NCBI GenBank assembly: GCA_041650515.1
Contig: JBAZLA010000003.1
Coordinates: 30,819 to 94,818, forward strand
DNA length: 64,000 bases
Direction: 5' to 3'
Source: Patescibacteria group bacterium
Lineage (GTDB): Bacteria; Patescibacteriota; Patescibacteriia; JACRDY01
The position numbers and the translations under genes are program-made. The first letter of the stretch is position 1, and every line of letters begins with the position of its first letter. Under the pieces are notes generated by a model that saw only the letters and a program-made list of their open reading frames with translations, did no database searches and was not told the DNA's origin. Below, piece after piece: positions 26,650 to 35,405 of the stretch.

Positions 26650-28287
26650 ATGTATTATATGGCAATTAAGGGGAAAAATTGGCTTATTTTATTAATATTG
26701 GGGGTTATTTTTTTGGCGATTTATAGCTACGGGGCGGCTGCTAGCTCTTGGCGGGTTAATTCGCCCGACGAAGCAGCTAATTATTTTTGGCTGAGTCAGT
26801 ATGTAAGGACCGGTCAGTTGAGTTTAGCTGAGCCATTAAATCAGGTAGTTGGTAATATCATTCATCCGCGCAGTATTAATGTTAATGTGACTGGTGCGTT
26901 AGTACCCGGAAGTTTTTTGGGTCTAATTTTGATTTATGGCTGGCTAGCAAAGTTTTTTGGCCTTTATCTAGTTAAATTTTTTACGCCCGTTTTTTCAATC
27001 GTGGCGTTTTTTTGTTTTTATGGTTTAACCAAAAGATTATGGAATGGAAGGGTCGCCCTAATATCTAGTATTTTATTATTACTTCACCCGGCTTTTTGGT
27101 ATTACACTAGCCGGGGATTATTGCCAAATGTGCTGTTTTTGGATTTATTAATTATTGGGTGTTGGTTTTTGTTTAGCCGATGGCCGGTAGCCGATGGCCG
27201 ATGGCTAATTTATTTAAAATATTTTTTAGGTGGGTTGTTTGTTGGGTTGGCGTTAACAGTGCGGACGTCGGAAGTGATTTGGCTGGCAATTGTTGGTTTA
27301 GGTTTAGTGATTGTTTATCGAAAGAAAATAAATTGGCTGGCGTTGGTTTTATTTTTGGCCATGATTGTAATTATGTTTTTGCCAATTCTAAGCTGGAATC
27401 AGCAGTTGTATGGCGGATATTTTAAGACGGGGTATTCAAATTTAGTCCTCAGTCCTGAGTCCTTAGTCCTTAGTGAACAAACAGCGAACAGCGAACAACG
27501 AGCAGCAATTTTACCTTTTGGTTTTCATCCGTGGTCGATTCTGCGCAGCAGCTGGAATTATTATATCAAAATTATTTGGTGGTATTTTGTGCCGTTATTA
27601 GTCGGGTTTGTTTGGTTTTTGATTAAATTAGTGCAGAGTGCAAAGTGCAGAGCGCAGAGTGAGCGGACAGCGTGGATATATCTTTTTATCTTCGCTTTTG
27701 TCACTGATGCTTTAATTATCTATTATGGCTCTTGGTCAATAATGGATAATATTTCTAATCATGTGACCATTGGCACGTCGTATCTGCGCTATTGGTTGCC
27801 GAGTTTTATTTTAGGTTTGCCGCTCGTTGCTTGGCCAGTTGTTAAGGTTTTAGATTGGTTTAAAGAACGGATATCAAAAGTTTTAGTTGGTGTTTTTATT
27901 TTTGGTTTGTTTACCATTTTGTCCGCTAATTTAGTTTTTAATTCCGAGGAAGGTTTAGCCGCAGTTAATCAGGCGACTTATCAATATAAAATTCTTAATC
28001 AAGTGGCGAGGCAGGAATTAGATCCCAATTCCATTATTATCACCGATCGGACAGACAAAATTTTTTGGCCGGAGTTTAAAGTGGCGGTTTTTAATGGTGA
28101 TTGGTCGGTTTTTGCTAATTTAGGCAAACTAGTCGGTCAACAACCAATTTATTATTACCCCAACAATAGTTTAACCGCGGAAGATTTTAATAAGATGAAC
28201 GTTAATTTAGGTCAGTATAGCTTGAAGTTAGAGGAACGGAGCGGTTGGAGCGGGGAGAATAAGATTTATCAATTACAAATTAAATAA
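26650..28287 (+). CDS. GT-C superfamily (PMT/ArnT-like, GT39/GT83-type) membrane glycosyltransferase, putative
   Basis: Polytopic, with a conserved acidic DE motif in the first external loop (NSPDEAANYFW) as in PMT/ArnT enzymes. Large loops later. Tentative. Confidence 0.5.
   Translation: MYYMAIKGKNWLILLILGVIFLAIYSYGAAASSWRVNSPDEAANYFWLSQYVRTGQLSLAEPLNQVVGNIIHPRSINVNVTGALVPGSFLGLILIYGWLAKFFGLYLVKFFTPVFSIVAFFCFYGLTKRLWNGRVALISSILLLLHPAFWYYTSRGLLPNVLFLDLLIIGCWFLFSRWPVADGRWLIYLKYFLGGLFVGLALTVRTSEVIWLAIVGLGLVIVYRKKINWLALVLFLAMIVIMFLPILSWNQQLYGGYFKTGYSNLVLSPESLVLSEQTANSEQRAAILPFGFHPWSILRSSWNYYIKIIWWYFVPLLVGFVWFLIKLVQSAKCRAQSERTAWIYLFIFAFVTDALIIYYGSWSIMDNISNHVTIGTSYLRYWLPSFILGLPLVAWPVVKVLDWFKERISKVLVGVFIFGLFTILSANLVFNSEEGLAAVNQATYQYKILNQVARQELDPNSIIITDRTDKIFWPEFKVAVFNGDWSVFANLGKLVGQQPIYYYPNNSLTAEDFNKMNVNLGQYSLKLEERSGWSGENKIYQLQIK
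27175..27205 (+). repeat. Imperfect heptanucleotide tandem repeat (gccgatg-like, 4 units) inside the GT-C CDS
   Basis: agccgatg gccggta gccgatg gccgatg gc. GC-rich patch in an AT-rich gene. Confidence 0.5.
27444..27506 (+). repeat. Imperfect heptanucleotide tandem repeats (agtcctN x4, then gaacagc-like x5) inside the GT-C CDS
   Basis: agtcctc agtcctg agtcctt agtcctt agtgaac aaacagc gaacagc gaacaac gagcagc. Period 7 over 63 nt. Confidence 0.55.
27629..27672 (+). repeat. Imperfect heptanucleotide tandem repeat (gtgcaga-like, about 6 units) inside the GT-C CDS
   Basis: agtgcag agtgcaa agtgcag agcgcag agtgagc ggacagc. Confidence 0.5.
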
Positions 28288-28288
28288 A

Positions 28289-29938
28289 ATGTCTAAGTGT
28301 AAAAACTGTAATCAAGAATTTACCATTACGGCGACGGATCGACAGTATTACCTTAAAATTGGCGTGCCTGAGCCGACTTGGTGCCCAGATTGTCGACTAT
28401 GGCGTAAGATGGTTTGGCGTAATTTTAGTCGGCTTTATCAGCGAAAAAGTTCGTTGTCTGGCCAAAATATTATTTCTGAATATTCTGATGATAAGGAGTT
28501 AGTTGTTTATTCTGTACCGGAGTGGCAAAATGACAATTTTGATCCATTAACTTATGGTCGTGATTTTGATTTTTCTCGTCCGTTTTTCCAACAGTGGGCA
28601 GAATTATTTCACACTACGCCTTTGCCAGCCGCTTTTAACGACAAGACCGAAAATTGCGAATATAACCTAAAAGTAGCTACTTCGAAGAACTGTTATTACT
28701 CTTATTCTATTCACCGCTCCGAAGATGTTTATTATTCTCTACGGACTAATAAAGCTTTTCGTTGCTTTGATTCTAGTTATATTTTTAGTGAGTCGGATTG
28801 CATGTATCAATCACACTATTGTCATAATTGTAGTTTTAGTAGCAATCTATATTGGGGTAAGGGCTGTTCGGATTGCCATTACTGCGTTGATTGTAGCGGT
28901 TGCCAGAGCTGTTTGTTCTGCAATAATTTACGTAATCAACATTACTGCATTTTTAATAAACAAGTGAGCCAAGAACAATTTGAGCAGGAAAAAGCCAAAT
29001 TAATCAATGGCTCATATGAACAGCATCTAAAAAATTTGGAGATATTCAAAAAAGAAGTTTATAGTAAGGCTATTTTTACCGTGCGTAAAGTTAGCTGTGA
29101 AAATTGCCAAGGTGATAGTTTGACCAACTGCGCTAACCTAAAAAATAGTTTTAACGTCGGTAATGTTACTGACGGGGCTAATTTATATGAAATGTCACCG
29201 TGGAAGGGTAATCATGATTCCATGGATATTTATATCGGCGGCGTCGGCGAACTAATGTATGAGTGTTCGGCGTATAGTGGTAATTCTTATGATGCCCAAT
29301 TTTGTCTTAATGGTCGAGACGCTTCATTTCTGCGTTATTGTTTTCATTGTTTTCATAGCCAATATTGTTTTGGCTGTATTTCCTTGAAGGGAAACAAATT
29401 TTGTATTCTCAACAAACAATATTCAGAAGATGAATATCCCAAAATGGTAGCCAAAATTAAAGACCATATGATAAAGACAGGAGAATATGGTGAGTTTTTC
29501 CCACCCGAGCTTTCGCCTTTTGGTTATAATGAGACCACAGCTAATGATCAGTTTCCGATGACTAAAGATGAAGTGTTAGCTCGAGGTTTAAAATGGAAAG
29601 AAAAGGATCTACGCGAGTATTTGCCAGCCACTCACAAATTATCCGACAATATTAAAGATACTCCAGATATGGTTATGTCAGCGATTTTGGCTTGTGAGTT
29701 GTGCGGTAAAAACTATAAAATTATTAAGCCAGAGTTAGATTTCCATCGGCAATTTAATTACGCTTTACCGCGCCATTGCCCGGGTTGTCGTCTTAATGAT
29801 TTACGTCAATACCAGCGAGAATTGCGACTTTATAGTCGAGAGTGTGTCAAATGTGGGACGAAAGTTGATATTAGTATTCCATCAGGTCGTCCAGAGAAAA
29901 TTTATTGCGAAGAGTGTTACCAAAAAGAAATTTATTAA
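28289..29938 (+). CDS. Cys-rich double-zinc-ribbon repeat protein, paralog 1 of 9 (family unassigned)
   Basis: N-terminal CKNCNQEF...GVPEPTWCPDCR...RN; central CxxC-rich repeats; FCILNKQYSEDEY; GEYGEFFP..SPFGYNET; C-terminal CELCGKNYKIIKPELDF...PRHCPGCR...YCEECYQKEIY. Confidence 0.75.
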   Translation: MSKCKNCNQEFTITATDRQYYLKIGVPEPTWCPDCRLWRKMVWRNFSRLYQRKSSLSGQNIISEYSDDKELVVYSVPEWQNDNFDPLTYGRDFDFSRPFFQQWAELFHTTPLPAAFNDKTENCEYNLKVATSKNCYYSYSIHRSEDVYYSLRTNKAFRCFDSSYIFSESDCMYQSHYCHNCSFSSNLYWGKGCSDCHYCVDCSGCQSCLFCNNLRNQHYCIFNKQVSQEQFEQEKAKLINGSYEQHLKNLEIFKKEVYSKAIFTVRKVSCENCQGDSLTNCANLKNSFNVGNVTDGANLYEMSPWKGNHDSMDIYIGGVGELMYECSAYSGNSYDAQFCLNGRDASFLRYCFHCFHSQYCFGCISLKGNKFCILNKQYSEDEYPKMVAKIKDHMIKTGEYGEFFPPELSPFGYNETTANDQFPMTKDEVLARGLKWKEKDLREYLPATHKLSDNIKDTPDMVMSAILACELCGKNYKIIKPELDFHRQFNYALPRHCPGCRLNDLRQYQRELRLYSRECVKCGTKVDISIPSGRPEKIYCEECYQKEIY

Positions 29939-29944
29939 ACCTCA

Positions 29945-30021
29945 CGTCATTGCGAGCGGAGCGAAGCAATCTCCCGGATAATCCACCAGATTGCTTCGTC
30001 GCTACGCTCCTCGCAATGACG
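29945..30021. repeat. GC-rich palindromic intergenic element, family B (GTCATTGCGAG...CTCGCAATGAC)
   Basis: cgtcattgcgagcggagcgaagcaatc-tcccggataatccaccag-attgcttcgtcgctacgctcctcgcaatgacg between paralogs 1 and 2. Confidence 0.55.
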
Positions 30022-30031
30022 AGCAAATACT

Positions 30032-31723
30032 ATGCAATGTAAAAACTGCAATCAACAATTCACCATCTATCCCGAGGATAAAGAATTCTACGGTAAGATT
30101 GGTGTGCCCGAGCCGAAGCTTTGTCCTCTCTGCCGACAGCAGCGGCGGTTAGCTTGGCGTAATGAACGAATCTTTTACCAAAGAAATTCTGATTTGAGTG
30201 GTAAAAATATTCTTTCAACTTACTCTACTGACAAACCATTTCCGGTATATGAACAAGAAGAATGGTGGTCGGACGATTGGGATCCTTTTAATTATGGTCG
30301 AGAAATTGATTGGCAGCGGCCGATTTTGGATCAAATTATGGAACTTTTTAATCAAGTGCCTCGGCCGGCGTTATTTAATAGTAATAATGTCAATTCTTAT
30401 TATGGTAACCTGCAGGAAGGTAATAGTAATTGCTATATGGAAGTAGGTAGTGGTTGGTCAGAAGCTTGTTTTTATGGAACGATTAATGTCCACTGTAAAG
30501 ATATTGTGGATTCCCACTATTGTCATAAGTGTGAAGTGTCTTATAGTCTAATTAATTGCGACAATTGTTATCATTGCGTTAATTGTCAGGATTGCCATAA
30601 TAATATTGATTGTTATTTTTGTTTTAATTGCCGCGGTTGTAATAATTGTTTTGGTTGTGTTGGTTTACGCAATGCCAAATATTGTTGGCTAAATGAACAA
30701 ATCGCTCCAGAAGAATTTAATCGGCGGTTGGAAAATTCAGGCAAATACTCTTATTTTTCAGAATTAAAAAATAAGTTCAGTCAGTTTAAAAAAGAGCAGA
30801 TTCACGTTTATTCCATTTTAATCAAATGTGAACGCAGTACCGGCGATCACTTAACTTATTGTACTAATGTCAAACACGGTTTTGATTTAGTTGAGGCAGT
30901 TAATTGTGCTTATTTTTTTTGCGGTGAAAAAATTACTGATTCATATGATTGTGATGTCGCCGGTTGGCCGGCTAGCTGGCTTTATGAAATTGTTGGTGCC
31001 GATACTTCTTCTCATATGGTTTTTTCAGCTTTTTGTTGGCATAATAATTTTTTGCAATACTGCCACAGCTGCTTTGGTTGTCAGGATATTTTTGGTTGTT
31101 TTGCTCTGCATAACCGGAAATTCTGTATTCTCAATAAACAATACAGTGAAGAAGAATACAAAAGACTTTTGCCAAAGATAATTGATAAAATGAAGGCGGA
31201 TGGCGATTATGGTGAATTTTTTCCTGTTAAATTTTCACCCTATGCTTATAATGAGACCGTGGCCCAGGAATACTATCCACTGACCAGAGAAGAAGTTCTA
31301 AAACGTGGCTGGAAATGGCAGGATAATTTACCGAGTACTAAGGGCAAAGAGACAATTAAAGCCGAAGATTTGGCTGATGATATTAAGGATATTAAGGCCG
31401 AGATAACAAAAGAAATTTTGGTTTGTCTGACCTGTGGCCGCAATTATAAGGTTATTCCCCAGGAAGTTGATTTTTACCAAAAGATGAATTTACCCTTGCC
31501 GCGCCAATGTCCTTATTGTCGGCACATGGAGCGGATCCATCTGCGTAATCCGCGCCGGCTTTATTCGCGCCAGTGTATGTGTGATAATATAAAACACGGT
31601 CACGCCAGCAACGCTTCGCGTAGCGATGCGGGCAGGTGTGCTAACCAATTTGAAACACCCTATGCGCCTGATCGCGAGGAACTGGTTTATTGTCAGGAAT
31701 GTTACGAGAAGGAGATCTATTGA
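30032..31723 (+). CDS. Cys-rich double-zinc-ribbon repeat protein, paralog 2
   Basis: Same architecture; ends ...YCQECYEKEIY. Confidence 0.75.
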   Translation: MQCKNCNQQFTIYPEDKEFYGKIGVPEPKLCPLCRQQRRLAWRNERIFYQRNSDLSGKNILSTYSTDKPFPVYEQEEWWSDDWDPFNYGREIDWQRPILDQIMELFNQVPRPALFNSNNVNSYYGNLQEGNSNCYMEVGSGWSEACFYGTINVHCKDIVDSHYCHKCEVSYSLINCDNCYHCVNCQDCHNNIDCYFCFNCRGCNNCFGCVGLRNAKYCWLNEQIAPEEFNRRLENSGKYSYFSELKNKFSQFKKEQIHVYSILIKCERSTGDHLTYCTNVKHGFDLVEAVNCAYFFCGEKITDSYDCDVAGWPASWLYEIVGADTSSHMVFSAFCWHNNFLQYCHSCFGCQDIFGCFALHNRKFCILNKQYSEEEYKRLLPKIIDKMKADGDYGEFFPVKFSPYAYNETVAQEYYPLTREEVLKRGWKWQDNLPSTKGKETIKAEDLADDIKDIKAEITKEILVCLTCGRNYKVIPQEVDFYQKMNLPLPRQCPYCRHMERIHLRNPRRLYSRQCMCDNIKHGHASNASRSDAGRCANQFETPYAPDREELVYCQECYEKEIY

Positions 31724-31730
31724 CCCCACT

Positions 31731-31949
31731 GTCATTCTGAACCCTTCGTTCCACCCAGGGCAGGCTTCGCAAGGGTCATCTCAATTTGTCATCCCGAGCG
31801 AACCCCGAGTGAGCTCCGCCAATTGGCGGAGCGAATCGAGGGGGAAGTCGAGGGATCGGCAGGGAATATAGTAAATCAAGTAATTATTATCTTAACCCTA
31901 ATATTATTATAAATTTTCATCCGATCCTTCGCTACGCTCAGGATGACAA
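31731..31949. repeat. Composite spacer holding three family-A palindromic elements (31731-31775, 31788-31863, inverted 31921-31949)
   Basis: gtcattctgaaccc...; gtcatcccgagcgaaccccgagtgagctccgccaattggcggagcgaatcgagggggaagtcgagggatcggcaggg; ccgatccttcgctacgctcaggatgac (reverse complement gtcatcctgagcgtagcgaaggatcgg). Confidence 0.5.
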
Positions 31950-31959
31950 ATAAAACCCT

Positions 31960-33645
31960 ATGCCGACTTGTAAAAACTGTAACCAAGAGTTTACTATTTA
32001 CCCCGAAGATAAAGAATATTATCAGCGTTTCGGCGTGCCCGAACCAACCTGGTGTCCGACCTGTCGAGAGATGCGGCGCTGGGTTTTTCGCAATACTAAG
32101 ACTCTTTATTCGCGGCAATGCGATTTGTGTCATAAAGATGTTATCTCGGTTTATCCTCAGGAGACGTCCTACACGGTTTATTGTCCTGATTGTTGGTACT
32201 CGGATAGATGGGATGGACAAAAATATGCTCAGGATTTTGATTATTCCCAGCCATTTTTTCCTCAATTTGCCGAGCTTCAGCTAAAGGTGCCTCGGATTAG
32301 CAACTATAATAACCGCAATACTGTTAATTGTGATTATTGCAATGCGGCCATTGATTCTAAAAATTGTTATCTTTTATTTTCCACCTCTCAAGATGAAGAT
32401 TGTTACTATGGTTATAAAGTGATTAACAGCAAAGATTGTCTAGATACTCTGGGTGTATCTTACTGTGAGCTGTGTTATCAATGTGTCGATTGTCTGCGTT
32501 GTTTTAATGTTGCTTATGCCCAATATGCCACTGATTGTCATGATGCTGCTTGGTTATTTAATTGTTCCAACTGTCATGATTGTTTTATGTGTGTTAATTT
32601 GAAAAGTAAAGAATATTGTTTTCTTAATCAACCTTTAACAGCAGCCGAATATAAAAAGAAGATTAGTGATTGGCAGCAGGGGAGCTATCAAGTTGTCCAA
32701 AAATATTTGGCTGAATTTCGAAAACTAAAACTAAATTCGATTTATCGTTTTTCTGAGCAACATAATTGCACTAATTGTTTTGGCAATAATATCATTACTT
32801 CGAAAAATTGTTTTTATTGTTTTGACATTGCTAATGGTAATGGTGATCGTTATTTTTCTGATTCGGTGATTAATACCGCCGACTGTATGGACAGCACTAT
32901 TGGTTCGATTGATAATGAGTTGATCTATGAATGCCTCAGCATTATTAATAGTTACCGGGTCCATTTCTGTACTTACACTTGGTATAGTAATTTTATGTAT
33001 TATTGTGATCATTTTTTGGCCGGCGGTAGTTATTGTTTCGGTTGTACGGCGCTTAAAAAAGCCAAATATTGTATTTTAAATAAGCAATTCAGTGAAGAGG
33101 AATATCAGAAACAAGTTGATAAAATAATTAGCCACATGCAAAAAACCGGCGAGTGGGGACAATTTTTCCCAGTGGCGATGTCGCCGTTTGCTTATAATGA
33201 AACTTCGGCTATGGATCATTTTGCTTTAACTAAAGAGGAAGTTTTAGCCAAAGGCTGGCGCTGGAAAGATGACTTGCCGGGCATTTTTGGTAAAGAAACA
33301 ATCAAAGCTGACAGTTTGTCTGATAACATCAAAAAAATCGATAATAAAATTTTAAAAGAAACGATCGCCTGTATCGACTGCGCCCGGAATTACAAAATTA
33401 TTAAACCGGAGTTGAGTTTTTATCAAAAGCAAAATTTGCCCTTGCCCCGCCAGTGTCCTGATTGTCGCTATGTTAATCGGTTTAAACAGCGCAATCCGCA
33501 TAAGCTTTGGCCCCGCCAGTGTATGTGCGAGCAGTCGGAACATGGCCATACTGGCCGCTGTTCGAACGAGTTTCAAACCAGTTATGCGCCGGATCGGCCA
33601 GAAAAAGTTTATTGCGAGGAATGTTATCGGAAGGAAGTGTATTAA
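31960..33645 (+). CDS. Cys-rich double-zinc-ribbon repeat protein, paralog 3
   Basis: MPTCKNCNQEFTIYPEDKEYYQRFGVPEPTWCPTCR...; ends YCEECYRKEVY. Confidence 0.75.
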   Translation: MPTCKNCNQEFTIYPEDKEYYQRFGVPEPTWCPTCREMRRWVFRNTKTLYSRQCDLCHKDVISVYPQETSYTVYCPDCWYSDRWDGQKYAQDFDYSQPFFPQFAELQLKVPRISNYNNRNTVNCDYCNAAIDSKNCYLLFSTSQDEDCYYGYKVINSKDCLDTLGVSYCELCYQCVDCLRCFNVAYAQYATDCHDAAWLFNCSNCHDCFMCVNLKSKEYCFLNQPLTAAEYKKKISDWQQGSYQVVQKYLAEFRKLKLNSIYRFSEQHNCTNCFGNNIITSKNCFYCFDIANGNGDRYFSDSVINTADCMDSTIGSIDNELIYECLSIINSYRVHFCTYTWYSNFMYYCDHFLAGGSYCFGCTALKKAKYCILNKQFSEEEYQKQVDKIISHMQKTGEWGQFFPVAMSPFAYNETSAMDHFALTKEEVLAKGWRWKDDLPGIFGKETIKADSLSDNIKKIDNKILKETIACIDCARNYKIIKPELSFYQKQNLPLPRQCPDCRYVNRFKQRNPHKLWPRQCMCEQSEHGHTGRCSNEFQTSYAPDRPEKVYCEECYRKEVY

Positions 33646-33646
33646 T

Positions 33647-35290
33647 ATGCCAATTTGTACCAATTGTCAAAAAGAATTTGTCGTTCTACCTAAAGAAAAA
33701 GAGTTTTTGGATAAACACTACTTATCAATACCCAAGGTTTGTCCTTTTTGTCGGCAGGTTTTTCGTTATGCTTCGCGGAATGAATATTATCTTTATCTAC
33801 GCCGTTGCTCTCAGTGTCAGAAAGAGATTGTTTCTTATATCTCGCCCGACAAACCTTTGGTAGTTTATTGCTCATCGTGCTATTGGTTGGATAGTTGGTC
33901 GGGAACTGATTATGGCATTGATTATAATTCTAGTTTATCGGTTTTTGATCATTTAAAAGCGCTGCACCTAAAAGTGCCCCATTTATCCGGTCGGATAATC
34001 CAGTCGCAGAACTCTGATTACACTAATTCTTCCAGTCACAATAAAGATTGCTACCTTAGCTTCCGAGTCCATTATTGCGAGGGCGTCTTTAATTCCTATT
34101 GGATAATTGAAAGTAAGGATTGTAGCGATTGTTTAAAAGCAACCAAAAATGAACTTTGTTACCAATGCGTTGATTGTCATCGTAATTATAATTGCCAGTA
34201 TTGTTTTAATTGTTATGATTCCCTAGATTGCAGCGGCTGTGTTGATTGTCGCAATTGCCAAGCGTGCCATCTTTGTTCCAATTTAAGAAACCGCCGCTAT
34301 TGTTATCAAAATAAACAGCTTAATAGAGACGAGTATGAAAGATTAGTTCAGCCTTTATATACATACAGCCAACAACAAAAGTTTGTTTGTGCCTGGAAAG
34401 AAATAATAGATCAAGCAATTTATAGTGCTACTAATCAGATCAATTCTGTAAATTGTTCTGGCGATAATTTATTAAATTGTAAAGATTGCTACTCGGCTTT
34501 TGACTTAGTTGGTTGTGAAAATTGTATTTATTTACTCGATGCTTTAAATATCAAGGATTCAGTTGATGTTTATAGTGCTGGCGTGGGAGTTGGTGCAGAG
34601 AATGTTTATAATTCTTGGGGGGTGGGTAATAAGTCATCTAGTATTATTGCTTCTTTTGATACCCAAGAGGGGATGAGCAACGCGGAATATTGTCAACAAT
34701 GTTATTCTGGCCATGATCTTTTCGGTTGTGTTAATTTGCGTAATAAATCATTTTGCATTTTTAATAAACAATATCGCGAAGACGATTATTTTAAATTAAA
34801 AGAAAAAATTGTTAACCGATTAAAAGAAGAGGGGATTTATGGCGCTTTTCAGCCGCCAGAGTATAGTTTATTTGGTTATAATGAATCACCCGCTATGGGT
34901 TATTTACCCCTAACTAAAGAAGAAGTTTTAGCTAAAGGCTGGCGCTGGCACGATCAGGAACAAAAAGAGTATAGTGAATCTAATTATCAAATTCCCGATA
35001 ATATCCGCCAAGTTTCAGATGAAATTACCAAAGAAGCTTTAGCCTGCACTCAGTGCGGTCGCAATTACAAAATAATTTCTTCAGAATTAGATTTTTACCG
35101 TAAATTTAATTTACCAATTCCCCGCCAGTGTTTTTATTGCCGACATACCGAGAAAATTAATCTGCGCAATCCGCTTAGTTTGCACAAAGTTGATTGTGCT
35201 CAGTGTGGCCGAGAAGTTGATACTTCTTTTCCCACAGGCACCAAGAAAAAAATTTACTGCCAAGAGTGTTATCAGAAGGAGATATATTAA
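33647..35290 (+). CDS. Cys-rich double-zinc-ribbon repeat protein, paralog 4. ATG one base after the paralog 3 stop (TAATATG).
   Basis: MPICTNCQKEFVVLPKEKEF...; ends YCQECYQKEIY. The track ORF 33470.. is an upstream in-frame extension overlapping paralog 3. Confidence 0.75.
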   Translation: MPICTNCQKEFVVLPKEKEFLDKHYLSIPKVCPFCRQVFRYASRNEYYLYLRRCSQCQKEIVSYISPDKPLVVYCSSCYWLDSWSGTDYGIDYNSSLSVFDHLKALHLKVPHLSGRIIQSQNSDYTNSSSHNKDCYLSFRVHYCEGVFNSYWIIESKDCSDCLKATKNELCYQCVDCHRNYNCQYCFNCYDSLDCSGCVDCRNCQACHLCSNLRNRRYCYQNKQLNRDEYERLVQPLYTYSQQQKFVCAWKEIIDQAIYSATNQINSVNCSGDNLLNCKDCYSAFDLVGCENCIYLLDALNIKDSVDVYSAGVGVGAENVYNSWGVGNKSSSIIASFDTQEGMSNAEYCQQCYSGHDLFGCVNLRNKSFCIFNKQYREDDYFKLKEKIVNRLKEEGIYGAFQPPEYSLFGYNESPAMGYLPLTKEEVLAKGWRWHDQEQKEYSESNYQIPDNIRQVSDEITKEALACTQCGRNYKIISSELDFYRKFNLPIPRQCFYCRHTEKINLRNPLSLHKVDCAQCGREVDTSFPTGTKKKIYCQECYQKEIY

Positions 35291-35296
35291 ACCCTG

Positions 35297-35393
35297 CGTC
35301 ATTGCGAGGAGCTCCGACGCAAAGTCGGAGCGACGAAGCAATCTGGTGGATTATCTCGGAGATTGCTTCTCCGCCTTCGGCGGATCGCAATGA
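35297..35393. repeat. GC-rich palindromic intergenic element, family B, opposite orientation to the 29945 copy
   Basis: gtcattgcgaggagctccgacgcaaagtcggagcgacgaagcaatc-tggtggattatctcgga-gattgcttctccgccttcggcggatcgcaatgac. The central 17 bp is the reverse complement of the 29945 centre. Confidence 0.55.
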
Positions 35394-35405
35394 CGATGAA
35401 ATATT

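Noticed and set aside
28725-28967. Nested or alternative-frame small ORFs inside the Cys-rich paralogs: 28725-28967, 30198-30446, 30891-31181, 32731-33012(-), 36594-36803(-), 37315-37578, 37588-37803, 38043-38300(-), 39044-39385, 39253-39591(-), 45365-45625, 46787-46978(-), 47059-47307(-) and others
   Set aside because: All lie wholly within long, motif-rich main-frame CDSs. They encode low-complexity hydrophobic or Ile/Val-rich peptides typical of off-frame translation of AT-rich Cys-codon (TGT/TGC) sequence. No independent evidence.
29450-29540. Conserved N-E-T (YNET) tripeptide in all nine Cys-rich paralogs as an N-glycosylation sequon, given the neighbouring GT-C enzymes
   Set aside because: The proteins lack signal peptides and the -2 position is G/A rather than D/E. 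The conservation is more simply explained as a structural motif (SPFGYNET).
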